DNA of 64,000 nt from an uncultured Desulfobacteraceae bacterium (GTDB lineage Bacteria; Desulfobacterota; Desulfobacteria; Desulfobacterales; Desulfatirhabdiaceae): NCBI GenBank assembly GCA_903953895.1, contig CAJBLH010000162.1, positions 939 to 64,938 of the forward strand, read 5' to 3'. Every line of letters starts with the position of its first letter. The first letter of the stretch is position 1. Under the pieces are notes generated by a model. The model made no database searches. It was not told the origin of the DNA and saw nothing but the letters and a program-made list of their open reading frames with translations. The translations under genes and the position numbers were made by a program. Positions 10,909 to 18,172 of this stretch are shown one piece after another.

Positions 10909-11203
10909 GTATAATAAAACACGTTGACAGAAATGACGCTATGGCGGGTGATCGCGTAACGTGAATTGAAACGACGGAAAGGCTCTCTCTTTTGATCTTG
11001 ATGACCAGGTCGGTCGATATGATCGGGGATCAATCGGAAGTTGCAAATAACGATTGACAAAAAACAATGAAATAGTTGACAATTTTTGTAACGGATGAGC
11101 AAGGGTAGATTTATCGCCTTTCCCTGCAAATCACTTCCGGAAAACGGCTTTTGATCAAGTATAGAAGCTTGAACATCTAATGGTCAATATACCAGGAGGC
11201 AAT

Positions 11204-11548
11204 ATGAATATCGGATCCAGTCTTTCAGCACTGAATGCATTTTCCACCAAGATGGATGTTACGGCCAAGAACGTAGCCAATGTCAATACCGATGGCTACA
11301 AAAGCAGCAGTGTGGCGATTGTAGGCGGTCAGGAACAAACCGTAAAAACCAATATTGTAAAAGATAATTCGCCAGGCCCTTTGGTACCGAGCCAATCGGC
11401 TAAGAATGGTGTTGTGGAAGCGTCGAATGTGGATATGGTGAAGGAGATGACGCAACTGCCCCCTACACAGATTGGCTACAATGCAAATTTGAAGATGATG
11501 GAAACCAATTTTCAAATGCAGGGCACCTTGCTCAACATGTTCGCTTAA
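11204..11548 (+). CDS. Short flagellar basal-body rod/hook-like protein (Flg_bb_rod N-terminus + Flg_bbr_C only)
   Basis: AKNVANVNTDGYK and EASNVDMVKEM...YNANLKMM motifs. The AGGAGG RBS places the start at 11204 (ORF track gives 11180). Confidence 0.85.
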   Translation: MNIGSSLSALNAFSTKMDVTAKNVANVNTDGYKSSSVAIVGGQEQTVKTNIVKDNSPGPLVPSQSAKNGVVEASNVDMVKEMTQLPPTQIGYNANLKMMETNFQMQGTLLNMFA

Positions 11549-11556
11549 GGTCATGC

Positions 11557-11590
11557 ATTCAAGGCGTGATTCAAGGCGTGATTCAAGGCG
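11557..11590. repeat. 12-bp tandem repeat, about 2.8 copies
   Basis: attcaaggcgtg attcaaggcgtg attcaaggcg, immediately after the stop codon. Confidence 0.9.
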
Positions 11591-11643
11591 AACTGGCAGA
11601 TTTATTTTCTGCCATCCGGCTGTGCGGAAACCGTTCCTCACGG

Positions 11644-12225
11644 TCATGCATATACGTTTATCCGGCTTTTTGCTGAACGCGATGGGGTGTCCTTTTCGCT
11701 GTAATCCTGCCGTTGTTCCGATTTGGTAATCGTTGTCGTCGTTCCGCCCGCCACATAGGATTTCCCGCACTCCGAACAAACTGAATAATGGATGGCGACA
11801 CTCTGCGCCACCACCTTGCGCCCCTTTTGTCCTGCTCTGGCCTGCTCATTAGTAACATGTTCCTGCTCATGGGCTCGGACCTGGCTTTCCGCAGCGCCGG
11901 GCGCAACACGGGTCGGTGTCTGAAAGGACACTGAAGAATCGTCGGATACATCCTTATATTTTCGGTTACTGCATGTTTGACATTCCTCAGATCCGCTGAC
12001 CTGGTTTTTTTTACCCACTCCCAACTGTGCAGATGTTTCACTGCCCTCGATCGGACCACCCTCCTGTTTTTGCCGGGCAATCGCCATTGCTGCTGGACTG
12101 AGCGTTAGGATATCTTCCGGAAAACCCAACGATTTTGCAGGAGAAACAGCCGAAAGCGGGTAGGGCAACAACTGTTGCTGCGGTACAGGCACAGCCTGTG
12201 GCATTCCTTGTGTGATACCTTCCAT
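11644..12225 (-). CDS. Hypothetical protein with HEQEH and two CxxC motifs (SprA-related-like)
   Basis: ECQTC...VRAHEQEHV...CSECGKSYVAGG. Probable start MEGITQG at 12225 after AAGGGA. Confidence 0.7.
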   Translation of the reverse strand: MEGITQGMPQAVPVPQQQLLPYPLSAVSPAKSLGFPEDILTLSPAAMAIARQKQEGGPIEGSETSAQLGVGKKNQVSGSEECQTCSNRKYKDVSDDSSVSFQTPTRVAPGAAESQVRAHEQEHVTNEQARAGQKGRKVVAQSVAIHYSVCSECGKSYVAGGTTTTITKSEQRQDYSEKDTPSRSAKSRINVYA

Positions 12226-12276
12226 AGTATTTCCCTTGATCGAGCAGATAGCCCGTCGTTTATCGGACAATAAAAA

Positions 12277-12292
12277 AGCAAATCACGTGCCA
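12277..12292 (-). promoter_or_regulatory. Sigma54 (-24/-12) promoter for the HEQEH gene
   Basis: Minus strand reads TGGCACGTGATTTGCT, an exact match to TGGCAC-N5-TTGCW, about 50 bp upstream of the start. Confidence 0.8.
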
Positions 12293-12453
12293 TGGTTGTA
12301 CGATATCAAAAAGTTCAAAATCTCGGATTGTGGCGGAAAAAAGTAAAAGAAATGATATTCAATCGCACTGTTATACTTTGCATTGACAACAGCGCGGATA
12401 ACGATTAAATATCCATAAAACATCATTTCATTTCAGTCAATAATACGAGGGCT

Positions 12454-12894
12454 ATGCGCATGAAAATTCAATTCACCCATTTTGGCATGCATGAAATCGA
12501 TCCTGAAAGTATTCTGACCTTCCCGCTGGGAATTGCGGGGTTCGAAAACCTGACTCGCTACAAACTGTTCCATGAAGAGAAAGAGCAACCCATTGTGTAT
12601 TGGTTGCAAGCCATCGATGACCCGGATGTCGCTTTTTCGGTGGTTGATCCGGCACAGTTCGGCCTGTATTATGACATTACCTTGACAGATGAAGAAACGG
12701 CCTTGCTGAAAGTCGAAAGCGAGAATGACATCGCGGTCATGCTGATTGCATACAAACAGAATTCAGACACCGCAGGCAGCGACAATGTCAGGGCCAACAT
12801 CAACGGCCCGGTGATTATTAATGCCCGAACCCGCCTGGGAATGCAGAAGGTTCTGGTTGAACTCAAGGCAAACATTACCTTAAAAAACGGTTAA
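12454..12894 (+). CDS. fliW: Flagellar assembly factor FliW (CsrA antagonist)
   Basis: THFG, FPLGIAGFE, WLQAIDDPDVAFSVVDP and ANINGPVIINARTRLGMQ motifs. Confidence 0.9.
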   Translation: MRMKIQFTHFGMHEIDPESILTFPLGIAGFENLTRYKLFHEEKEQPIVYWLQAIDDPDVAFSVVDPAQFGLYYDITLTDEETALLKVESENDIAVMLIAYKQNSDTAGSDNVRANINGPVIINARTRLGMQKVLVELKANITLKNG

Positions 12895-12928
12895 GTTCCA
12901 CCTTGATCGCCTACAAGCCGAGCTTTTA

Positions 12929-12966
12929 AACCCCCCTCATCCGATCCTCTCCCTTAGGGGTAGGGT
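12929..12966. repeat. Degenerate REP-like palindrome (CCCTCTCCC-n-GGGAGAGGG family)
   Basis: cccccctcatccgatcctctcccttaggggtaggg, directly adjacent to the MITE. Confidence 0.45.
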
Positions 12967-12970
12967 GCTA

Positions 12971-13073
12971 TAGCTTTCAAGAAAATATTTTGGGGAAGGC
13001 AGCAGGGCGGGATAGACCTTCTGTTGGCCATCCCCGACCGATAACGCACCCAACAGCTTTATCTTGAAAGCTG
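12971..13073 (+). mobile_element. 103-bp MITE, copy 1 (TIR TAGCTTTCAAGA / TCTTGAAAGCTG, flanked by TA on both sides)
   Basis: Terminal inverted repeats with TA at 12969-70 and 13074-75; a similar second copy lies inverted at 22752-22854. Confidence 0.85.
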
Positions 13074-13084
13074 TAGCGGAAGTG

Positions 13085-14056
13085 TCAAGCGGATTTCATA
13101 TCCCGGTAACTTATGATGCCACAAAGAGACGAGGCATTGGTTACTGCCGCAATAATGGCCCGTTCCATGACTTGGGCTGCCAATAGGCCCACGACGCTCA
13201 GGTCTGCCTCGATGTCTCCGGTTGACATGGCAAATATCGTATCGCCGTCAAACATGGAATGAGCGGGCCGGATGGTTCTGGCGTAGCCGTTCTGCGCCAT
13301 GGAGGCCAGCTTGGTGACCTCGGATTTGGTAAATGCCGCATTGGTGGCTACAATGCCGATGGTCGTATTCCCGGCGAAAAGATTCTTTTTCTCGGAACAG
13401 CGTTGGATCATGATGTCTTCTGTGTCCGCCAGCGTTTCCATGTCCTCGTTCAGCGGACCTGCCAGTTTTTCCCGGGTCCACGGATCAATGATATCTCCCA
13501 GACAATTGACAGCAACCAGTGCGCCGACTTTCAACTCTCCGGCCTGCAGGGCGAAACACCCCAGCCCGCTTTTCATGCACCGTTCCGTTCCTAGAATTTT
13601 GCCGACCGTTGCCCCGGTTCCGGCTCCGATACATCCCTGCATACAGGAACCGCGCCCGGCGTTCACGCATGCCTGATATCCCATGGCTTTATCCGGCCTG
13701 ATCCGCCAGTCCCCGATGGTCAGATCAAAGAGTACGGCCCCGCAGACAATGGGAACCCGGGTGACCTGCACATCAAATCCGATGCCTCTTTCCTCCAGAT
13801 ACTGCATCACGCCGGCAGCGGCGTCCAGACCAAAGGCACTGCCCCCGGCAAGCATGACGGCATGAACCTTCTGAACAAGATTGACGGGATTCAAGAGATC
13901 GGTTTCCCGGGTTCCCGGAGCTCCGCCCCTGACATCAACACCCACACAGGCGCCGGCCTCGCAGATGATGACCGTGCAACCCGTTGCTGCATCCAGATTC
14001 TGTGCATGTCCTACCTGAATGCCTTCGATTTTGGAAAAATCTATTTGTTTTGTCAT
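13085..14056 (-). CDS. P1/S58 family peptidase (DmpA-like aminopeptidase)
   Basis: VDVRGGAPGTRETDLL, GGSAFGL, GAGTGA, GNTTIG and RPAHSMFDGDTIF motifs. Confidence 0.92.
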   Translation of the reverse strand: MTKQIDFSKIEGIQVGHAQNLDAATGCTVIICEAGACVGVDVRGGAPGTRETDLLNPVNLVQKVHAVMLAGGSAFGLDAAAGVMQYLEERGIGFDVQVTRVPIVCGAVLFDLTIGDWRIRPDKAMGYQACVNAGRGSCMQGCIGAGTGATVGKILGTERCMKSGLGCFALQAGELKVGALVAVNCLGDIIDPWTREKLAGPLNEDMETLADTEDIMIQRCSEKKNLFAGNTTIGIVATNAAFTKSEVTKLASMAQNGYARTIRPAHSMFDGDTIFAMSTGDIEADLSVVGLLAAQVMERAIIAAVTNASSLCGIISYRDMKSA

Positions 14057-14112
14057 ATTGACCTCTAAAAACCCGGCAGGGGTTGTTGATAGATCATCGT
14101 TTCAATCCATTT

Positions 14113-14203
14113 ATATTTTACCGCAAAGGCGCAGAGGATGCAAAGATAACGCCGGTTTCTCATTGAATTCTCTTTGCGCCCTCTGCGTCTTTGCGGTGAA
14201 TAT
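14113..14203. repeat. Inverted pair of CGCAAAG-periodic REP-like repeats
   Basis: ttaccgcaaaggcgcagaggatgcaaaga ... tctttgcgccctctgcgtctttgcggtgaa; arms of about 33 bp with 9-bp internal periodicity. Confidence 0.85.
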
Positions 14204-14207
14204 ACTC

Positions 14208-14687
14208 TCAGTTCTTTCCTGTGAGGCTGAAATCGTAAATTCCGGGAGAAGAACCTTCGATGGCCATAGCACCCACAGACTCGGCATAAAACCCGGCAGG
14301 GCCGACACCTCCGATAACGGCATAGGCATAACCGCTGTCCTTCATGCTGTGAAGACACGACAGCAACAGCATGGTTCCCACGCCCTTTCCCCTGGCATGC
14401 ACAGCCACTCCGGTCGGGCCGAAGAAATTCAGGCGGGTACAGTCGTAGCAGGCAAAACCGATCAGGGCTGTGTCTTTCACTGCGATGAAACAGGATGGGG
14501 ACCTGACGGTAAAGGCGATTTCACATTCAAGCGCCCAAGAAGGGTTGAAGTGCTTGTTGACCCAGTCCAGCAGCAGCGGCTTTTCCCAGACATTGGGACG
14601 ACGGACCCGAACCCCGATCTTCTCCATTTTTTCCGCATAACCGGTCAAATCGGGAATGTCATACAATCGGACGAGCATGTCAGTCAT
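14208..14687 (-). CDS. GNAT family N-acetyltransferase
   Basis: FFGPTGV..HARGKGVG acetyl-CoA motif and GYAYAVIGGVGPAGFY. Confidence 0.85.
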   Translation of the reverse strand: MTDMLVRLYDIPDLTGYAEKMEKIGVRVRRPNVWEKPLLLDWVNKHFNPSWALECEIAFTVRSPSCFIAVKDTALIGFACYDCTRLNFFGPTGVAVHARGKGVGTMLLLSCLHSMKDSGYAYAVIGGVGPAGFYAESVGAMAIEGSSPGIYDFSLTGKN

Positions 14688-14743
14688 TCAAGAATGTTCC
14701 TCCTGATCTTAATTGCGGTCTATCAGTCATCGATCATCCTGAA

Positions 14744-15073
14744 TCAATCCGATATTTTTTTCAAAAGAATGTTTCCGCTGCCGGGAATGCTGACGGAAAG
14801 CGTTTTTTGATTGTCCTGGGGCTGAGCGATCAGAACACCACCGGTCTTGACATGGAGCCACAATGCGCCTTGGCGCTTTTTCCATCGTACCGGCGTACTT
14901 TCCTGATCCACCATCCACAGTCCTTTGCCGTCTGGCTGCAGTGTCAGCGTCACTTGAACACCTTCCATTCTCGGCGATTCATACCGTCCCTGCCAGCTCA
15001 AGTCGGATTCACATGCACAGAAAACCAGTCCGGCAATCACCAGCCATACGACCCGAAACGACGCTCGCATCAT
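14744..15073 (-). CDS. Small hypothetical lipoprotein
   Basis: Start MMRASF overlaps the DoxX stop; signal peptide with lipobox FCAC followed by a beta-rich body. The ORF-track upstream extension overlaps DoxX and is unlikely. Confidence 0.7.
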   Translation of the reverse strand: MMRASFRVVWLVIAGLVFCACESDLSWQGRYESPRMEGVQVTLTLQPDGKGLWMVDQESTPVRWKKRQGALWLHVKTGGVLIAQPQDNQKTLSVSIPGSGNILLKKISD

Positions 15074-15555
15074 CCGTCCACCTCCTTCAAGGATAGCAGC
15101 AGCCAGTCCTCCAGTTGCAGGGCCGATGGAAACCAGAGTACCTGGACGGTCATGGCCAGCCACAGCAGATCCCGCAACAATGTCTTCCATGTGAGCGGAT
15201 CCTCGATCGATGTAAAACAGCCGCACCCGATGGGAATCCCCCGTGCCAGGGTAATGACAATCGCCACACAAAAGACCACCAACATCGATCCGGTCAGAAC
15301 CGCGGCGGCTCGAGTCCGCAATCCCAGAACCAGCATCAGGCCGCAGATCAGTTCCGTCCATGGCATGATCAAGGCCATGAGATGAACTCCCCAGAACGGT
15401 ACGATCTGATAACTGGCGATTGTTTCCGCAAACTCTCCGGGATAGTTGATCTTGTACATGCTGGCAGTGATAAATATCGCACCAATATAAATTCTAAACA
15501 CCAACCCCAGAAACGGGTGCGCCGTTGCCTTTTTTATCCATACAACCGCATTCAT
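15070..15555 (-). CDS. MauE/DoxX family redox membrane protein
   Basis: FRIYIGAIFITASMYKI..P..FAETIASY, PWTELICG, RGIPIGCGCF and RDL motifs; ATGA overlap with the upstream gene. Confidence 0.9.
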   Translation of the reverse strand: MNAVVWIKKATAHPFLGLVFRIYIGAIFITASMYKINYPGEFAETIASYQIVPFWGVHLMALIMPWTELICGLMLVLGLRTRAAAVLTGSMLVVFCVAIVITLARGIPIGCGCFTSIEDPLTWKTLLRDLLWLAMTVQVLWFPSALQLEDWLLLSLKEVDG

Positions 15556-16748
15556 CGCCCGCTCTCCTGTTTCTCCCATGCAGCCATACCACCGGTCATG
15601 ACTTTGACATCATCATGGCGCTGAAGCAGACGATACGCCACTTCCTCGTCATAACGCTTGCTGAAGGTCCGGCCATAGACTACAACGAGCTGGCCGAGCT
15701 GCAGGCGGGGAGCCAGTTTCATGGAATAGATGATATCAAAAAGCGGGGCCGGGATATTGACAGCATTCGGAATATGGCCCAGATTGAAAAGTTCAGCAGG
15801 TCTGGCATCCACCAGAACGATGTTCCCCCTGTCAAGCAGTTGCCGGACAGACCGGGCATCCACCTGGGGCGCCGGCTCCCGGAAAGTGTCTTCCGGCAGA
15901 AGCGCAATGCCGTTGGGATTGGAAAAATTGAACAGCAGCGAAAGCAGCGTTGAAACCACAAGAAACAGCAGCACATCAGTGGCGCGAAATCGTCCGACCT
16001 GTTCGATTTTTTGATGAAACAACTCCTTCAGGCGGATGCCGGCAACCTCCAGCAGACGGATTTGCTGACGGGCATCGGTCAGATCCACAATGGTCTGCCG
16101 CAACGCGTCATTGGTTCGGAACAGATCATCATTGAGGGCCTGCACGGTTTCGTACGCCCGAACATTCTTTAAGAAAACCATGAAATTGGCGGTCAAACCG
16201 GATAAGATATCCTTTTCTTCCAGCTTATACTCGCGCCCATCTATCGCTGCACCCAGACCGACGACGCCAAGAAGCGAATCGTCCATCATGAACAACAGTG
16301 CAATATCAACATCAAGGCCCGTTTCAAGCTCCGGGAAAACCTGGTGCGGATCCCCGATAAACGTCACGGACATGGGGGCGAGTCTTCGGTTTTCAGCAGT
16401 CTGGAAACCCCGGTAAAGATATTTTTCAGCGGATTCGACCGTCCAGTCCATGTCGAATCGGGCGCCACGGTTTGCGGACATCACCTGTTGGTTCCGCCGG
16501 TCACAGATCATCAGCATGGCCTGAGCAGATCCATTAACCCCCATGATCATCAGCAGAAAACTCTCCAACAACTTCTGAGATGAGGTAATCGGACTCAACT
16601 CGGCGGTAAGCTCATAGAGGGTCTTCAGATAATACATCTGCTGAAAAACCAGTTTGTCGCGTTCTTCCGGAAAAACCGCAGTCTTTTCGACGGAAAGGCC
16701 GATATCACCGGCAGCGATCAACGCGTCAACTCCGAAATAATTTTCCAA
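15552..16748 (-). CDS. GAF-like/coiled-coil/TM/rhodanese-like fusion protein (no catalytic Cys); probable TTG start at 16721
   Basis: C-terminal LVDARP..F..GHIPNAVNIP...VVVYG...GGMAAWE; one TM segment; N-terminal GAF-like LKTLYEL...GVVGLG...EEKDIL...LKN. Confidence 0.8.
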   Translation of the reverse strand: MENYFGVDALIAAGDIGLSVEKTAVFPEERDKLVFQQMYYLKTLYELTAELSPITSSQKLLESFLLMIMGVNGSAQAMLMICDRRNQQVMSANRGARFDMDWTVESAEKYLYRGFQTAENRRLAPMSVTFIGDPHQVFPELETGLDVDIALLFMMDDSLLGVVGLGAAIDGREYKLEEKDILSGLTANFMVFLKNVRAYETVQALNDDLFRTNDALRQTIVDLTDARQQIRLLEVAGIRLKELFHQKIEQVGRFRATDVLLFLVVSTLLSLLFNFSNPNGIALLPEDTFREPAPQVDARSVRQLLDRGNIVLVDARPAELFNLGHIPNAVNIPAPLFDIIYSMKLAPRLQLGQLVVVYGRTFSKRYDEEVAYRLLQRHDDVKVMTGGMAAWEKQESGR

Positions 16749-17281
16749 AAAGCATCCAGATCCTCGATAATGCCTAAATGGGTATAAAGAACCTTGCTAT
16801 CCGGACCTAGCAACATCGTAAACGGCGTACGCGGTTCGCCGAGCAGCTTGTGTACGTCGAAGGAAGGGTCCGGCGAAATAGGGAAGCTGTACTGCTTCTG
16901 TTCATTCAGGTACTGAATTTCTGTCTGATTGCCGCCAGCGGCAATGGCCAGCATTTTGACCTTTCCCTTCAGACCGCTCTTTTCAATCCGGTTATAGAGT
17001 GTATTGAAAATCGGCGCCTGTCGATAGCAGGCCGGACAATAAACTCCGATAATCTCGATAAGCAGCAGATTCGTACGGATATCCGGGAGCCTGAATGCCG
17101 GTTTTGTAATCCCGAGATAGGCCCTATCCTTTTCAGATGGTGGTGGCGGGAGTTCAAAAGTGGCCAATTTATCGCCTTTCTTGGGAAGCTCCCCGCCGAA
17201 AGTCGGGGCGCCAAGAAACATCCCGCCCGCAAAACCGATCATCACCAGCAATCCCAGCAATTTCCGGCAAGATATCATCAC
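16718..17281 (-). CDS. Exported thioredoxin-fold (TlpA/redoxin-like) protein
   Basis: Signal peptide, YCPAC active site, RTPF cis-Pro loop and YTHLG. Confidence 0.85.
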   Translation of the reverse strand: MMISCRKLLGLLVMIGFAGGMFLGAPTFGGELPKKGDKLATFELPPPPSEKDRAYLGITKPAFRLPDIRTNLLLIEIIGVYCPACYRQAPIFNTLYNRIEKSGLKGKVKMLAIAAGGNQTEIQYLNEQKQYSFPISPDPSFDVHKLLGEPRTPFTMLLGPDSKVLYTHLGIIEDLDAFWKIISELTR

Positions 17282-17325
17282 TATCGCCTCCTTCTTTTAT
17301 ATCAGCCCCTTACTCGGAGAACCCG

Positions 17326-18036
17326 TCATTGCAGCGCCTCCTCTATCGAAGCGACCACCGGCACGAGTTTCCCGAGGCCGACGATATCGAACACTTTTTT
17401 AAGATTATCCGACAGACCAACCCCCACGACGTCCTTCCCCATCTTTTGACTTTCTAATAAAAGCTGGGTGAGAATGGCAATGCCGGCGCCGTTGACAGCG
17501 GAGCTTTCCAGAAAATGCAATATGATCCGGCGCTTGTTGAGGGCAAGGGCTTCGCGGTAGCAGGACTGGAACTGGGACTCCTGCCCGGCTGTAATGCTGC
17601 CACGGATGGTAATCATTGCGGCATTCTCACTCTCCTGAAGCTCAAAATCCCGAATGTTTTCAGAGGCTATTCGACAGCGTTCTTGGGCGTTTTTAAGGGC
17701 CTGTTCCAGAAGATGCCGCTGGATCGGTTTATTGATGAAATCGGTAGCATCCAGATTCAGCGCCTGAATAGCTAGATCCATATCCCCGTGGCCCGTGATC
17801 ACGATCACTTCAACTGCCGGATCAATCTGTTTAAGACGCCGCAAGACTTCGATGCCGTTCATACCGGGCATTTTGATATCGGTCAAAACAATACGTGGCC
17901 GCTCGCGCTCGAACACTTGCAGACCTTCCTGACCGTTTTCCGCGGTCAATACTTCATAGCCATAAGCCATGAGGGTCAACCGAAACATTTTCAGCGTCGG
18001 CTTCTCATCGTCGATCACCAGAATTTTTTCCATCAA
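17326..18036 (-). CDS. Response regulator, REC + STAS (anti-sigma antagonist-like) domain
   Basis: IDDE, TDIKMP, TGHG and KP; C-terminal IRGSIT...ILHF...VNGAGIAILTQLL...GLSDNLKKVFDIVGL STAS pattern. Confidence 0.88.
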   Translation of the reverse strand: MMEKILVIDDEKPTLKMFRLTLMAYGYEVLTAENGQEGLQVFERERPRIVLTDIKMPGMNGIEVLRRLKQIDPAVEVIVITGHGDMDLAIQALNLDATDFINKPIQRHLLEQALKNAQERCRIASENIRDFELQESENAAMITIRGSITAGQESQFQSCYREALALNKRRIILHFLESSAVNGAGIAILTQLLLESQKMGKDVVGVGLSDNLKKVFDIVGLGKLVPVVASIEEALQ

Positions 18037-18076
18037 TCTATCCTTTGGCCGGCGTTCGGCAACGGAATTGTTATGA

Positions 18077-18096
18077 AAATGATGATTTCATCATTT
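18077..18096. promoter_or_regulatory. Perfect 9-2-9 palindrome, candidate operator upstream of REC-STAS
   Basis: aaatgatga-tt-tcatcattt in the only sizeable intergenic gap of the cluster. Confidence 0.45.
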
Positions 18097-18172
18097 ATTG
18101 TGCCCGATACGGACATGGACGTTAATATCACTTTTTTCAGTCAATGAAAAACGGTTTCAATTTCTGAAAATT

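Noticed and set aside
11557..11590. Possible CRISPR or iteron array
   Set aside because: Units are contiguous 12-mers without spacers; no cas or rep genes.
12259..12266. Sigma28-like -10 box (TCCGATAA) on the minus strand, and another at about 10803-10810 on the plus strand
   Set aside because: No properly spaced -35 element; the sigma54 match explains the 12.3-kb site better.
14019..14810. 263-aa plus-strand ORF and short ORFs spanning 14065-14358
   Set aside because: Made of GNAT antisense sequence plus translation of the CGCAAAG repeat.
15655..15690. Selenocysteine recoding at the rhodanese active site
   Set aside because: The codon is GGC (Gly); there is no in-frame TGA.
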